From the NCBI GenBank assembly GCA_965203905.1, contig CBDBDQ010000005.1, positions 2,592,001-2,656,000 of the forward strand: 64,000 nucleotides of DNA. Direction: 5' to 3'. The position numbers and the translations under genes were made by a program. The stretch comes from Spirochaetia bacterium (lineage in GTDB: Bacteria > Spirochaetota > Spirochaetia > SZUA-6 > Bin103). The notes under the pieces were generated by a model. That model did no database searches and was not told where the DNA came from. It was given only the letters and a program-made list of their open reading frames with translations. Each line of letters begins with the position of its first letter. Position 1 is the first letter of the stretch. Below, piece by piece: positions 49,697 through 58,753 of this stretch.

Positions 49697-50407
49697 TCAG
49701 AAACTCACCCCCTTTTCATATGGTTCTATCTCCAAAGTCACAAGCCTTTTTCCTAAATCAACTTCAAGCCGAACGAACACATCGTCTCTCAAGTCATTCT
49801 TCGCATACACCTTCGTTCCAGACTCCGAAGCTCTGCTAATAGTGTAAGCAAGATTATCGGTGACCCAATTAGAACCCCAGGAAACGGTAGCTCCAAGTGC
49901 AATTTGCATGCTCATTGCTATTAATGCGTTTTGTTCTCGAGTTGATGATGCTTCCCCTGTTACAAATATCTCTCGGATATAGTTACTTCCAGACATCCTA
50001 ACGCGCACCGGTCCCCAGGTTGCAGTTGTTTGTCGACGGCCGCGATTGATAGAAAATCCCCCGTCACGAAACAATCCTGCCAAGACATCCACTGTGAGAT
50101 TCCCGCCGGCTGCAGCGGGCAAGATTTTAACCTCAGGAATTAGTTCTGTAGCTGGCTTCGCGGGAGTGCTTGCCGGCTCCGGTTCAGTTGGGGTGTTCGA
50201 GAGAGTGCGTCTTGCCGCCGGTTGTTCTGCCGGTGGTGGCATCGTCGGCAGCGGTGCCCGGTTCTCGCTGAAAAGGACAAGTGCGGCCACCAGCAACACC
50301 AATACCGTTGGCCACCAGACGCGCAAACCGCTACCCATTTTCCCGCGCGGGGGCCGGGGTACCGGCAGCGGCCACGACGGCAACGCTGGCCTCCCCGGTC
50401 CATGCAA
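49697..50407 (-). CDS. Membrane-anchored hypothetical protein, low-GC C-terminal domain
   Basis: TM helix, Pro-rich linker, AT-rich globular domain. Confidence 0.55.
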   Translation of the reverse strand: MHGPGRPALPSWPLPVPRPPRGKMGSGLRVWWPTVLVLLVAALVLFSENRAPLPTMPPPAEQPAARRTLSNTPTEPEPASTPAKPATELIPEVKILPAAAGGNLTVDVLAGLFRDGGFSINRGRRQTTATWGPVRVRMSGSNYIREIFVTGEASSTREQNALIAMSMQIALGATVSWGSNWVTDNLAYTISRASESGTKVYAKNDLRDDVFVRLEVDLGKRLVTLEIEPYEKGVSF

Positions 50408-50571
50408 TCCGTCTCATGCCTACCGATCATGGCACGCGCCACAGCGAGGCCGCAAGCGCGCATTGGTATAGTAGCGTCGACTTCGAGTTGGCACATCGGC
50501 ATCGGATTGGTGAGCGGTGTGGCTGTGGTACTCTGTCTTGCTTTCGCAATGGTTCGGGCACTCGGCTGAGC

Positions 50572-50964
50572 TTACGCCAGGTGTGATCGGATCCAGTTAG
50601 CGAGTTCGGGCTCGCCGATGCGGCCAGCGGCGACGGCCTCCATGGTGCGGATGGCGTCGACCGGGTCGAATTCGCGACGCCTGCCGTTGTCGGACAGGAA
50701 CAGGCGCGCGGTGACCCAGGCGGTGCGCTTGTTGCCGTCGAGGAAGCCGTGGTTCTTGGCGATTCCGTAGGCGTAGGCGGCTGCCAGGTCCGCGGCGTCG
50801 GGACTCCCGTAGCGCGCGAGGTCGGCCGGCCGCGCCAGGGCGGATTCCACCATGCCTCGATCGCGAATACCATCCATGCCGCCATGCTCGGCGAGTTGGC
50901 GGTCGTGGATCGTGAAGAGGACGCTGCTCGCAACCCAACGCCATGCCTTGGCGTCGGCGCTCAC
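50572..50964 (-). CDS. doc: Doc (death-on-curing) family toxin
   Basis: HGG..GIRD, HGFLDGNKRTA. Confidence 0.9.
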   Translation of the reverse strand: MSADAKAWRWVASSVLFTIHDRQLAEHGGMDGIRDRGMVESALARPADLARYGSPDAADLAAAYAYGIAKNHGFLDGNKRTAWVTARLFLSDNGRRREFDPVDAIRTMEAVAAGRIGEPELANWIRSHLA

Positions 50965-51194
50965 TTGGCAAGCGCTCGCAGCACCTCACGGTCGTCATGC
51001 ATGATTTCTTCGGCCAGTTCCATCTGCCGGGCGAAGTCGGGATCGTAGGGGGTAAGCCGATAGGCGCCATCGGGCGCCTCGGTGAGGTAGAGCGTGTCGC
51101 CCTTCTTGACCCCGAGCCGTGCCAGCGCCGCTTTGGTAAGGATCACACCGGACGACGCGCCTACGGTGGTTACCTTGAACGAGAGCATGTCCAT
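50961..51194 (-). CDS. AbrB/MazE-type antitoxin partner of Doc
   Basis: KVTTVGASSGVIL, YDPDF, VLRALAK; overlaps the doc start. Confidence 0.85.
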   Translation of the reverse strand: MDMLSFKVTTVGASSGVILTKAALARLGVKKGDTLYLTEAPDGAYRLTPYDPDFARQMELAEEIMHDDREVLRALAK

Positions 51195-51203
51195 CTCGGT
51201 ATC

Positions 51204-51221
51204 ATATAATGTGGATTATAT
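51204..51221. promoter_or_regulatory. Palindromic TA operator
   Basis: ATATAAT-GTGG-ATTATAT just upstream of the antitoxin start. Confidence 0.55.
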
Positions 51222-51326
51222 ACCCGATGGGTCAACGGCTTGATGCCTGAGCCTTCCGCGGGTGATCCGAAGGTATGGAACCGGCACCGGCGTGTTTGAG
51301 TTATACTGCGTGCAAGAGGTCATACC

Positions 51327-51605
51327 ATGGCAAATGTAGTAGGACATAAGGGCCAAGTCGTCATCGCCAAGGAGATCCGGGACTCGCTGGGAATCTCTCC
51401 CGGGTGGGTGGCGCTGCAACGGATCGTCGGCGATCATGTGGAGATCCGTTTCCTCCCACCTGAACATCGAGAGTCGCTGAAGGGAAGCCTCGCTCCCTAT
51501 ATCAGACACCACATCCCTTCGAGTGCTGAATTCGCGGACGCCAAGGAACGGGCGTGGCACAGTGCCGCTCAAGAGCGATCGGGTCGGCAGGCGCGATCCG
51601 AGTGA
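51327..51605 (+). CDS. AbrB/VapB-type antitoxin
   Basis: KGQVVIAKEIRDSLGI. Confidence 0.85.
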   Translation: MANVVGHKGQVVIAKEIRDSLGISPGWVALQRIVGDHVEIRFLPPEHRESLKGSLAPYIRHHIPSSAEFADAKERAWHSAAQERSGRQARSE

Positions 51606-52015
51606 GCGATCTGATTGACACCTCGCTGATCGTCAGATACCTGACCGGCGATCCACCTCACCTGGCCGATCTCAGCGCACAGTTGATCGACGGCGAGGCC
51701 AATCTGACTATCACCGACGTCGTACTCCTGGAGTCGGCCCATGTGCTCCGCTCGGTGTATGGCGTTCCGCGCGAGAGGGTTGTCGACCAACTCGTGGCGC
51801 TGCTGCGCAGGGCGAACATTGGCACCTTCCCGATGCGGAAGGAGCAGATGATCGAGGCGCTCCAGTTGTGCCGCCCGTCGGGACGGGTGTCGTTCGGCGA
51901 CGCCATGATCTGGGCCGTGGCCCGGTTCACCGGTCGGGCCATATTCACCCTCGACGAACGGTTTCCAGGCGACGGAATCACCAGACATCGACTCACGGAG
52001 GGTACGGGCCAATAG
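51602..52015 (+). CDS. vapC: PIN domain (VapC) toxin
   Basis: IDTS, LLES, FGDA, TLD; GTGA overlap. Confidence 0.85.
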   Translation: MSDLIDTSLIVRYLTGDPPHLADLSAQLIDGEANLTITDVVLLESAHVLRSVYGVPRERVVDQLVALLRRANIGTFPMRKEQMIEALQLCRPSGRVSFGDAMIWAVARFTGRAIFTLDERFPGDGITRHRLTEGTGQ

Positions 52016-52077
52016 AGAACCGCGTGTCGGACGCCGTCGGCCGCTCAAGCTTGCGCGTCTCGCGGCAGCAGGCCACC

Positions 52078-52941
52078 TCAGATGCGGGCGCCGATGCGGT
52101 TGCCGGACTCGTAGCGGCGCAGGCCCAGGGCGAACACGGCCCAGGCGGCCGCGATGAGCGCAGCGTCGCCGCCGACGATGGCCGCCAGCAACCCCCAGTC
52201 CAACCCCATGCCGCCGGCCAGCGCGCGAAACAGCTCCGCCGGCAGGTGCGCGACCAGCGCTGCCGGGATCAGGGTGTGCAGGATCACGGCCACTACCGGT
52301 CCGTCGAAGATGGTGCCCGGATAGATGGAGAAGTTGATGATCTGTTCCGAGCCTACCCCGGCCAGGTCCTCGGCGTTGCCGAGCAGGAAGGTCAGGCTGT
52401 GGTACAGGACGCGGACCGCGACCAGCACGCCGGCCGCCAGCAGCACGAACAGCAGGTAGAGGCCGATGCCGGCCGGGGTGAGCGGCTGGCTGACGGCGAA
52501 CAGCCCCAGCCCGTACAACAGATCCCCCCAGCTCGACACCGACATGCGCGAGGCCAGCAGGTTGGGCAGCACCGGCTTGGGCTGGGTCAGGTACACGTCG
52601 AGGTCGCCCTGGTAGACGATGCGCGACAGGTAGGCGGCGTTGCCGCAGACGATGGAGCCGAGACCGAAGCCGGCGGCCGCGACAGCCCACAGAAACATCA
52701 CGTCGGTGAAGGTGTAGCCGCGGATCGGCGCCTCGATTGCCTGGAACAGGATCGCCCAGAAGGCGATGAACATGGCGTTGTTGGCCGCCATGGCGATCAC
52801 CTGGATCGCGAACGGGACCGGGTATGCGGTGTTGGCGGCCAGGTTGACGCGGAAATAGCGGACCAGCAGGCGCAACGTGCGGCCGCAACGCGTGACGAAT
52901 CTGCGGTGCCGCGCGCGAGGGCGGGCTCGGTCAACCGCCAT
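52078..52941 (-). CDS. ABC-2 family (DUF990-type) permease
   Basis: GDLDVYLTQP, YPGTIF, GLRRYESG. Confidence 0.85.
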   Translation of the reverse strand: MAVDRARPRARHRRFVTRCGRTLRLLVRYFRVNLAANTAYPVPFAIQVIAMAANNAMFIAFWAILFQAIEAPIRGYTFTDVMFLWAVAAAGFGLGSIVCGNAAYLSRIVYQGDLDVYLTQPKPVLPNLLASRMSVSSWGDLLYGLGLFAVSQPLTPAGIGLYLLFVLLAAGVLVAVRVLYHSLTFLLGNAEDLAGVGSEQIINFSIYPGTIFDGPVVAVILHTLIPAALVAHLPAELFRALAGGMGLDWGLLAAIVGGDAALIAAAWAVFALGLRRYESGNRIGARI

Positions 52942-53746
52942 GGGCGTGTACCCTGCGCATGCCGAGGCGAAACAGCCCCAGCGCCGCGGCGCCCAGCACC
53001 ACGGCGTACAGCGCCGTGCCGAGCAGCGCCTCGCGGAACAGCTCCGGAGCGGGATCCACCAGCATCCGCGCCGGCCAGTAGGCCTGGAACGCGAACGGCA
53101 GGCGCGCGGCCACACCGCCGAGCCACGGCGGCAGCAGGTCCAGGGGAAAGAACATGCCGCCGACGATGAACACCAGCTTCTGATGGATCCAGTGGAACGG
53201 CAGCACCGACTCGAACCAGAAGGCGCTGATGCCGATGATCAGCAGCCACAGGCAGTTGAGCAGCAGCGCGCCGGCGAGCAGGGTCAGGCCGCCGGGCAGC
53301 GCCGCCGCCAGACCTGGCAGCGGCCCCACCAGCGCCAGTGCCACAACTGCGCCCGCCAGGCCGATCGGCAACGTCTTGGTGAGCGCCTGCCCCAGGGCGC
53401 GGGCGAGCGCGAACAGGGGATAAGAGTAGGGCCGCACCAGGCCGTAGGCGATGCTGCCGTCCTGCACCTGCTCCTGGATCTCGGTCATCACCGTCGGCCG
53501 GGCCAGCTCCACCATCTCGGTGAATACCAGGTACCAGGTGAGTTGCACCACGGTGAGGCCGCGGAGCTGGCCGTCGCCGCCGGTGATCGCGCGCCACAGG
53601 GTGTTGAAGACGAACACGAAGATCACCAGCAGCACGCCGCGCGTCAGGAGCGCGGCGGGGTAGGCGAGCTGGTCGCGGCCGGCGTAGGTGAGGGCACGTC
53701 CATAGCGGCGCAGCCAGGGCCCGCAGCGGGCGACTGCGGCGATCAC
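52931..53746 (-). CDS. ABC-2 family (DUF990-type) permease
   Basis: DGSIAYGLVRP, GMFFPLDLLP, C-terminal HGG. Confidence 0.85.
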   Translation of the reverse strand: MIAAVARCGPWLRRYGRALTYAGRDQLAYPAALLTRGVLLVIFVFVFNTLWRAITGGDGQLRGLTVVQLTWYLVFTEMVELARPTVMTEIQEQVQDGSIAYGLVRPYSYPLFALARALGQALTKTLPIGLAGAVVALALVGPLPGLAAALPGGLTLLAGALLLNCLWLLIIGISAFWFESVLPFHWIHQKLVFIVGGMFFPLDLLPPWLGGVAARLPFAFQAYWPARMLVDPAPELFREALLGTALYAVVLGAAALGLFRLGMRRVHAHGG

Positions 53747-54750
53747 GGGTGGCCCCCGACTGGGCGCGGGCGCCCTCGGTCGTGCTGGTGGTACAGCGCG
53801 GCGATCACCTCTTCGAGGGGCGGATCGGAGATGGTGATGTCGAGCACCGTGTTGCGTTCCAGAATGGCGCGCACCACCGCCTCCACCCGAGTACGGGCGG
53901 TATCCACCTCCAGCCGGGCGCTGTAGCGCGTGGCATCGCGGACGGTGACGTCCCTCCGGTCCAGCACCAGCGGCCCGGCCAGCTTGAGGTCCATGATCCT
54001 GGTGGTCAGCAGAGAGCGCTTCAACTCGTCGATGGCGCCGTCCCACACGATGCGTCCGTGGTTGATCACGACGGCGCGGCGGCACACCTGCTCGACGTCG
54101 CCGGTGTCGTGGGAGGTAAGGAACACCGTAACCCCCCGTTCGCGGTTGACGCGGGCGATCAGGTCGCGGATGCGCTGCCGGATCACCACGTCCAGTCCGA
54201 TGGTAGGCTCGTCCAGGAACAGCAGCTCCGGGGCGTGGATCAGCGAGGCCGCGATCTCGCAGCGGATGCGCTCGCCGAGCGACAGCTTGCGCACCGGCGT
54301 GGTCAGATGGCGTCCGATGTCGAACACCTCGGTCAGCGCGGCGATGCGCTCCCGCGCCCGGCGCGGCTCCAGGTCGTAGACGTCGGCCAGCAGCTTGAAG
54401 GTGTCGAGCGGCGGCAGGTGGAACCAGAGCTGTGACTTCTGCCCGAACACCGTGCCCAGGCGGTAGGCCAGCCGCCGGCGCTGCCGCTGCGGGTCGTGGC
54501 CCAGCACCGAGACTACACCGGCGTCGCGCTGCAGGATGCCGGTCAGGAGCTTGATGGTGGTCGACTTGCCGGCACCGTTGGGGCCGATGAAGGCGATCGC
54601 CTCGCCCGGCTCGACCTCCAGGTCGATGTCGTCCACCGCAGCTACCGTGCGCCAGCGGGGCATCACCATGCCGCGCAGCGCGCCCGCCACGCCGGTCGTG
54701 CGTTCCCGCACCCGGAACCGTTTCTGCAAATTGCGTGCCTGGATGATCAT
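53743..54750 (-). CDS. ABC exporter ATP-binding protein
   Basis: GPNGAGKST, VFGQKSQL, LSLGER, FLDEPTIGLD. Confidence 0.92.
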   Translation of the reverse strand: MIIQARNLQKRFRVRERTTGVAGALRGMVMPRWRTVAAVDDIDLEVEPGEAIAFIGPNGAGKSTTIKLLTGILQRDAGVVSVLGHDPQRQRRRLAYRLGTVFGQKSQLWFHLPPLDTFKLLADVYDLEPRRARERIAALTEVFDIGRHLTTPVRKLSLGERIRCEIAASLIHAPELLFLDEPTIGLDVVIRQRIRDLIARVNRERGVTVFLTSHDTGDVEQVCRRAVVINHGRIVWDGAIDELKRSLLTTRIMDLKLAGPLVLDRRDVTVRDATRYSARLEVDTARTRVEAVVRAILERNTVLDITISDPPLEEVIAALYHQHDRGRPRPVGGHP

Positions 54751-54807
54751 CGGTGCTGCCTCCTGGGCCTGTGGCCACGGGCTTCACGCCACCGCCGCGC
54801 ACCAATG

Positions 54808-54837
54808 AAAAAGGCCCTGCCGCAATGGCAGGGCCTT
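54808..54837 (-). terminator. Intrinsic terminator in the 5' leader of the ABC operon
   Basis: AAGGCCCUGCC-AUUGC-GGCAGGGCCUUUUU, about 58 nt before the ATG. Confidence 0.8.
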
Positions 54838-54861
54838 CTCACTTGCCGCGACCGGCGCCGC

Positions 54862-54896
54862 TTACCCTGCCAGATGGACCTCCTCTACAATGAGGA
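54862..54896 (-). promoter_or_regulatory. SD plus 3-codon uORF (CUG GCA GGG UAA) overlapping an antiterminator sequence
   Basis: GAGGAGG-5 nt-CUG; UGGCAGGG is complementary to the terminator 5' arm CCCUGCCA. Confidence 0.6.
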
Positions 54897-55158
54897 CGTA
54901 CCGCGCATGCGTCATCGATAGCGTCAACAGGACTGTGCAGACCGGCGCGTCGCTCATTGGAGTAGCGTGGTTCCTACACCGGCCGATCTGCGTGTGTCAA
55001 CCACCCGCCGCGAGCGAAGCGAGCGAACGACAGCGAGCGACCACGCTACCGCCGCCGTCCAGACTGACGCTACGGCGGAACTACCAATCTGTTACTAATC
55101 CACTGAGAATTAGTAATACGGGTCATGGGATGCGTGGTTGGCCGGGCGGACTGGATGT

Positions 55159-55551
55159 CTACGAGGGGGTGAGCCAGCGCGCCGCGAGGATGCCGAGCGC
55201 GGTGGCCAGCAGGCAGCCGCCGACGTTCAGGCCGATGTTGGCGCACAGCGCGAGCCAGCGGCCGCCCTGCCAGAGCAGCACCGTCTCGTGGCTGAACGCC
55301 GAGAACGTGGTGAACGCGCCCAGGAAGCCCACCATCGCCAGCAGCCGGAGCGAGCTGTCGGTCAGTACGCGATCGGCGAGCGCGGTCACCAGGAAGCCGA
55401 GCGCCAGCGAACCGATCACGTTCACGGCCAGGGTGCCGTAGGGGAAGTGCTCGGTACGGGCCTGGAACCATCCGCCTACGAGGTACCGTCCCAGCGCTCC
55501 GAGGAACCCGCCCGCACCGACCAGCGCCCCGTCCCGCAGCCAATCGCTCAT
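55159..55551 (-). CDS. crcB: Fluoride channel FluC/CrcB
   Basis: GGFLGALGRY, FPYGTLAVN, GFLGAFTTFS. Confidence 0.93.
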   Translation of the reverse strand: MSDWLRDGALVGAGGFLGALGRYLVGGWFQARTEHFPYGTLAVNVIGSLALGFLVTALADRVLTDSSLRLLAMVGFLGAFTTFSAFSHETVLLWQGGRWLALCANIGLNVGGCLLATALGILAARWLTPS

Positions 55552-55570
55552 CCGCGCGCTCCGCACCCGG

Positions 55571-56014
55571 TCACGCGGGCTCGCCCTCGGCATCCGGCGG
55601 CCGGGCCGGATAGATGCTTACCAGTACCGAGGCGCCGAGCTTCGCGATCCGATCTACCGTTTCCGGCTTCAGCTCGGAACGAAAGCAGCTCACCGCTGAC
55701 GGCGTGCGGCTCGGCGCGTTGCTCTCCGCGGTATCGATCGCGTAGCCGAGGTTGAAGGTCTTTCGGTAGGCGCCGTCCCAGGTCGCCCTGGGGTGTTCCT
55801 CCAGATTCTCGACTACGCTGCAGAACACGTCGATCTGAGCGTCCGGGTCGGTGGCGGCTCCGGCGCCGGTATACTCGAACGCAACCGAGAAGCCACGCTT
55901 CGATTCTCGATAGTCGAACGAGACAACGTCCCATCCCGAGAACGCATCGAACAGGTACCCGAGTGGGCGCGGGCTTTCGATCTCGAGTTGGGCGCTGACG
56001 AATCGTGCGGCCAT
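55571..56014 (-). CDS. Hypothetical protein, tandem paralog A
   Basis: MAARFVSAQLEIES..FNLGY..SELKPETV..SIY. Confidence 0.7.
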   Translation of the reverse strand: MAARFVSAQLEIESPRPLGYLFDAFSGWDVVSFDYRESKRGFSVAFEYTGAGAATDPDAQIDVFCSVVENLEEHPRATWDGAYRKTFNLGYAIDTAESNAPSRTPSAVSCFRSELKPETVDRIAKLGASVLVSIYPARPPDAEGEPA

Positions 56015-56437
56015 CAGTTGTCTCCCTCGTGCGTCGGGCAGTCGGCATCCAGGTCGGCAACTGGCCTGGTGTAGATGCTCACGGCGATCGAAGCCCTCAG
56101 TGCAGCCGCTCTCCTTACGGTGTCCGCCTTGAGCTCGGAGCGGAAGAATCCGAGGGAGGAATCGCATTCGTACCCCAGGTCGAACTTGCGGGAGAAGGCG
56201 GCCATCCAGGTTGCGCGTGCCTCGTCCCGAAGTTGCTCGATGACGTCACAAAACCCCGCAATGATGCTGTTGGGCTCATAGGACTGGTAAGTGGAGAGCT
56301 CGAAGCCGGCGAAATAGCCACGTTCAGTCTTGAAATAAGCTGAGATTAAAGATGGTTCCAAGAAAGTCGGCGAGAACATATTCAAGCGAGCGCGGGCTCT
56401 CGATTTCGAGGTCGCAGTTGATGAACCTGACCGCCAT
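56014..56437 (-). pseudogene. Tandem paralog B with a single frameshift
   Basis: MAVRFINCDLEIESPRSL from 56437 continues in another frame as ..YFKTERGYFAGFE..FDLGY..SELK; shift near 56345-56365. Confidence 0.65.
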
Positions 56438-56450
56438 CCGGGAACGGCTG

Positions 56451-57251
56451 CTACGCGAGGCCCGTGAGTGCCGCGCTCACGTCCCACAGCTCGGCGGCGA
56501 GGCGGCGGTCGCCGGCTGCTGACGAGGCGCGGGTCTGGCGCTGGTTGACGAAATACGCGCCGGTGACGTCGGCCAACTTCGGGGCGAGAGCGAGGTGCAC
56601 CGGGGTGCGGGCGCCGGCCGCCACCGGACTGCCGCCGCCGAAGTTGACGTGCAGCAGCTTGGTGTCGATCACGCCGGGGTGCAGGAAGTTGGCGCTGACC
56701 TCGCGCGCGTCCAGGCGGCGCGCCAACTCGCAGGTGAACAGCGCGTTGGCGAGCTTGGAGTTGCAATACGCCTGCCAGCCGTCGAAACCGCGTTCCATCT
56801 GCAGGTCGTCGAAGTCGATGTGACCGCTGCCGTGCACGCCGGAGCTGACGTTGACGATGCGCGCGGGGGCGCTGGCGCGCAGCCGCTCCAGCAGCAGGTT
56901 GGTCAGCAGGAACGGCGCGAGGTGGTTGACGGCAAAGGTGCTCTCGTAGCCGTCGGCGGTGGTGTCGCGGCGGCGCACGGCGATGCCGGCGTTGTTGATC
57001 AGCACGTCGAGCCGCGGGCAGGTGCGCAGGACCTGCGCTGCCATTGCACGCACTTCAGCCAACGCCGCAAAGTCGGCGGCCACCGGCGTCACCTGCCGGT
57101 TGCCGGTGGCGTCTGCGATCTCACGTGCCGCGGCGCCGGCGCGGTTCTCGTTGCGCCCGTGCACGATCACGGCGCAGCCCCGCTCGGCCAGCGCCAGGGC
57201 GGTGGCGCGCCCGATGCCGTCGGTGCTCCCGGTTACCAGAATCGTCTTCAC
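56451..57251 (-). CDS. Short-chain dehydrogenase/reductase (retinol dehydrogenase-like)
   Basis: TGSTDGIG, NNAG, VNHL, YCNSK, HPG. Confidence 0.92.
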   Translation of the reverse strand: MKTILVTGSTDGIGRATALALAERGCAVIVHGRNENRAGAAAREIADATGNRQVTPVAADFAALAEVRAMAAQVLRTCPRLDVLINNAGIAVRRRDTTADGYESTFAVNHLAPFLLTNLLLERLRASAPARIVNVSSGVHGSGHIDFDDLQMERGFDGWQAYCNSKLANALFTCELARRLDAREVSANFLHPGVIDTKLLHVNFGGGSPVAAGARTPVHLALAPKLADVTGAYFVNQRQTRASSAAGDRRLAAELWDVSAALTGLA

Positions 57252-57378
57252 GCGGGCGAGTATGGCATGTACGACAGGAGGCTGTCGGATTGGCGCGTCA
57301 GCGGCACATCCGACAGCGCTCCGAACGGTAGGCACGGCTGGGCCGAAAGCGACGCCGCGAGGCGACGGTTTCGGGGCG

Positions 57379-57831
57379 CTACACCCACTGCTGCGCCTGC
57401 ACCGCAAACGGCGCAGTGGTGTAGGACTGGAACAGGACCCGGCCGTCGAACGCCAGGAGCTGACGCAGCCGTTGCCGGTATCCGGGGTGCTCGATCATCT
57501 CCTCCGCGGCGGCCTTCGAGACCCAGGCCGTGGCGATGGTTTCGTCGCCCGCGACGGCCTCTCCCGACTGCCAGGAGCCGAGGAAGTCGAAGATGACGCG
57601 GCTGGCGCTCAGGTTCGAGTACACGCCCACCAGCCGTTCGACCGTCGCCACGACGCCGGCCTCCTCCAGCACTTCGCGCACCACGCCGTCGAGCACCGAC
57701 TCGCCCTCTTCGATCTGACCGCCGGGAAACTCCCAGCCGCGGCGCGGGGTGCGCACGAGCAGCACCTGGTCTCCCCGCTGCACGAGCATGCCGGCGGCTA
57801 CGGTATGCCTGGGATGAGCTGGCGGGTTCAC
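57379..57831 (-). CDS. NUDIX hydrolase
   Basis: GGQIEEGESVLDGVVREVLEEAG Nudix box. Confidence 0.9.
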   Translation of the reverse strand: MNPPAHPRHTVAAGMLVQRGDQVLLVRTPRRGWEFPGGQIEEGESVLDGVVREVLEEAGVVATVERLVGVYSNLSASRVIFDFLGSWQSGEAVAGDETIATAWVSKAAAEEMIEHPGYRQRLRQLLAFDGRVLFQSYTTAPFAVQAQQWV

Positions 57832-57883
57832 GGGCACAGCCGGACCATAGCAGGGATTCGCAGGACGTGGGTGTCGAGCAGGA

Positions 57884-58126
57884 TCACAGTTCGACCGGTC
57901 TTTGCTTCTGGTCGTGCTCCCGGATATACGGCTCGACATCTTCGCCCGGCTCGACCACCGCCATCAGATTGTATGGATACGGGGGAGTGCACTCGATCGG
58001 TTCATGTGCTGCCTGGTCGAGGATCGATCGGGCGAGCGCTTCGAGGCTGCAGCCGCTTCGCTCTGCGCGTTTGCGGAGCCGCTCCTTCGACTCGTCCGAC
58101 AGTCGGCGAACGGTGATGCTGGCCAT
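57884..58126 (-). CDS. FitA/StbC-like RHH antitoxin (no adjacent toxin)
   Basis: MASITVRRL..RLRKRA..SLEALARSIL. Confidence 0.8.
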   Translation of the reverse strand: MASITVRRLSDESKERLRKRAERSGCSLEALARSILDQAAHEPIECTPPYPYNLMAVVEPGEDVEPYIREHDQKQRPVEL

Positions 58127-58267
58127 GAAACCTCCTGCGATCGCCAGGACGACTGCACGCAATCACTTGCTCCGCAAGATTGAGGCGCGCTGGTAACGGC
58201 CGCGCGGGTGATCGCAGGGATGACGCGATGGAGCCGGGTGCGCCCGCCGCCGCGTCGGCGCCGGCCT

Positions 58268-58753
58268 TCACCCACTGCCGCGGTCGCGGCGTACCCAGGA
58301 CAGCGGTTGTCCCGACAGCGCGGCCGCCATGGCATCCAACTCGGTGCGCGGGACCTCGGGTACGTGCTGGATGCCGTACTCGATCTTTCCTGCGTTCAGG
58401 TAGGCGAACCGGCTCGAGGTGATATCCGTCGGACCCCGCTGCGGAACCACGATCAGGTGGGCATGGGCAACGCCGAACCCGTGCACCACCAGCCCGACGC
58501 GCAACGGCTTCAGCGCATGGCGGATGGCGCGCGAAAACCGCTGTGCCAGCATCATGATGTGGGCCGCAAGCGCATCCGGAACATCGCAGAAGTGGTCGAT
58601 GTGCTGTTTCGGGATCAGCATCAATTCGCCGGGATTGATCGGGCGGATGCCCATGAAGCCGAGGCACGACCGGTCCTCGTAGACCCGGCTGCAAGGCGCC
58701 CGCCCGGCAACGATCTCGCAGAACACACAGAAAGGTCGTTCGGAACCCATCAC
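58268..58753 (-). CDS. HIT family protein
   Basis: CVFCEI, PINPG, IPKQH, HAHLIV. Confidence 0.85.
   Translation of the reverse strand: MMGSERPFCVFCEIVAGRAPCSRVYEDRSCLGFMGIRPINPGELMLIPKQHIDHFCDVPDALAAHIMMLAQRFSRAIRHALKPLRVGLVVHGFGVAHAHLIVVPQRGPTDITSSRFAYLNAGKIEYGIQHVPEVPRTELDAMAAALSGQPLSWVRRDRGSG

Noticed and set aside
55092-55116. AT-rich inverted repeat TTACTAAT-N9-ATTAGTAA, with CTGAGAATTAG shared with 39645-39655
   Set aside because: It could be an operator or element end, but one 11-nt match with no transposase or target duplication is insufficient
55551-55600. Fluoride riboswitch upstream of crcB
   Set aside because: The intergenic gap is only about 20 nt and there is no riboswitch consensus
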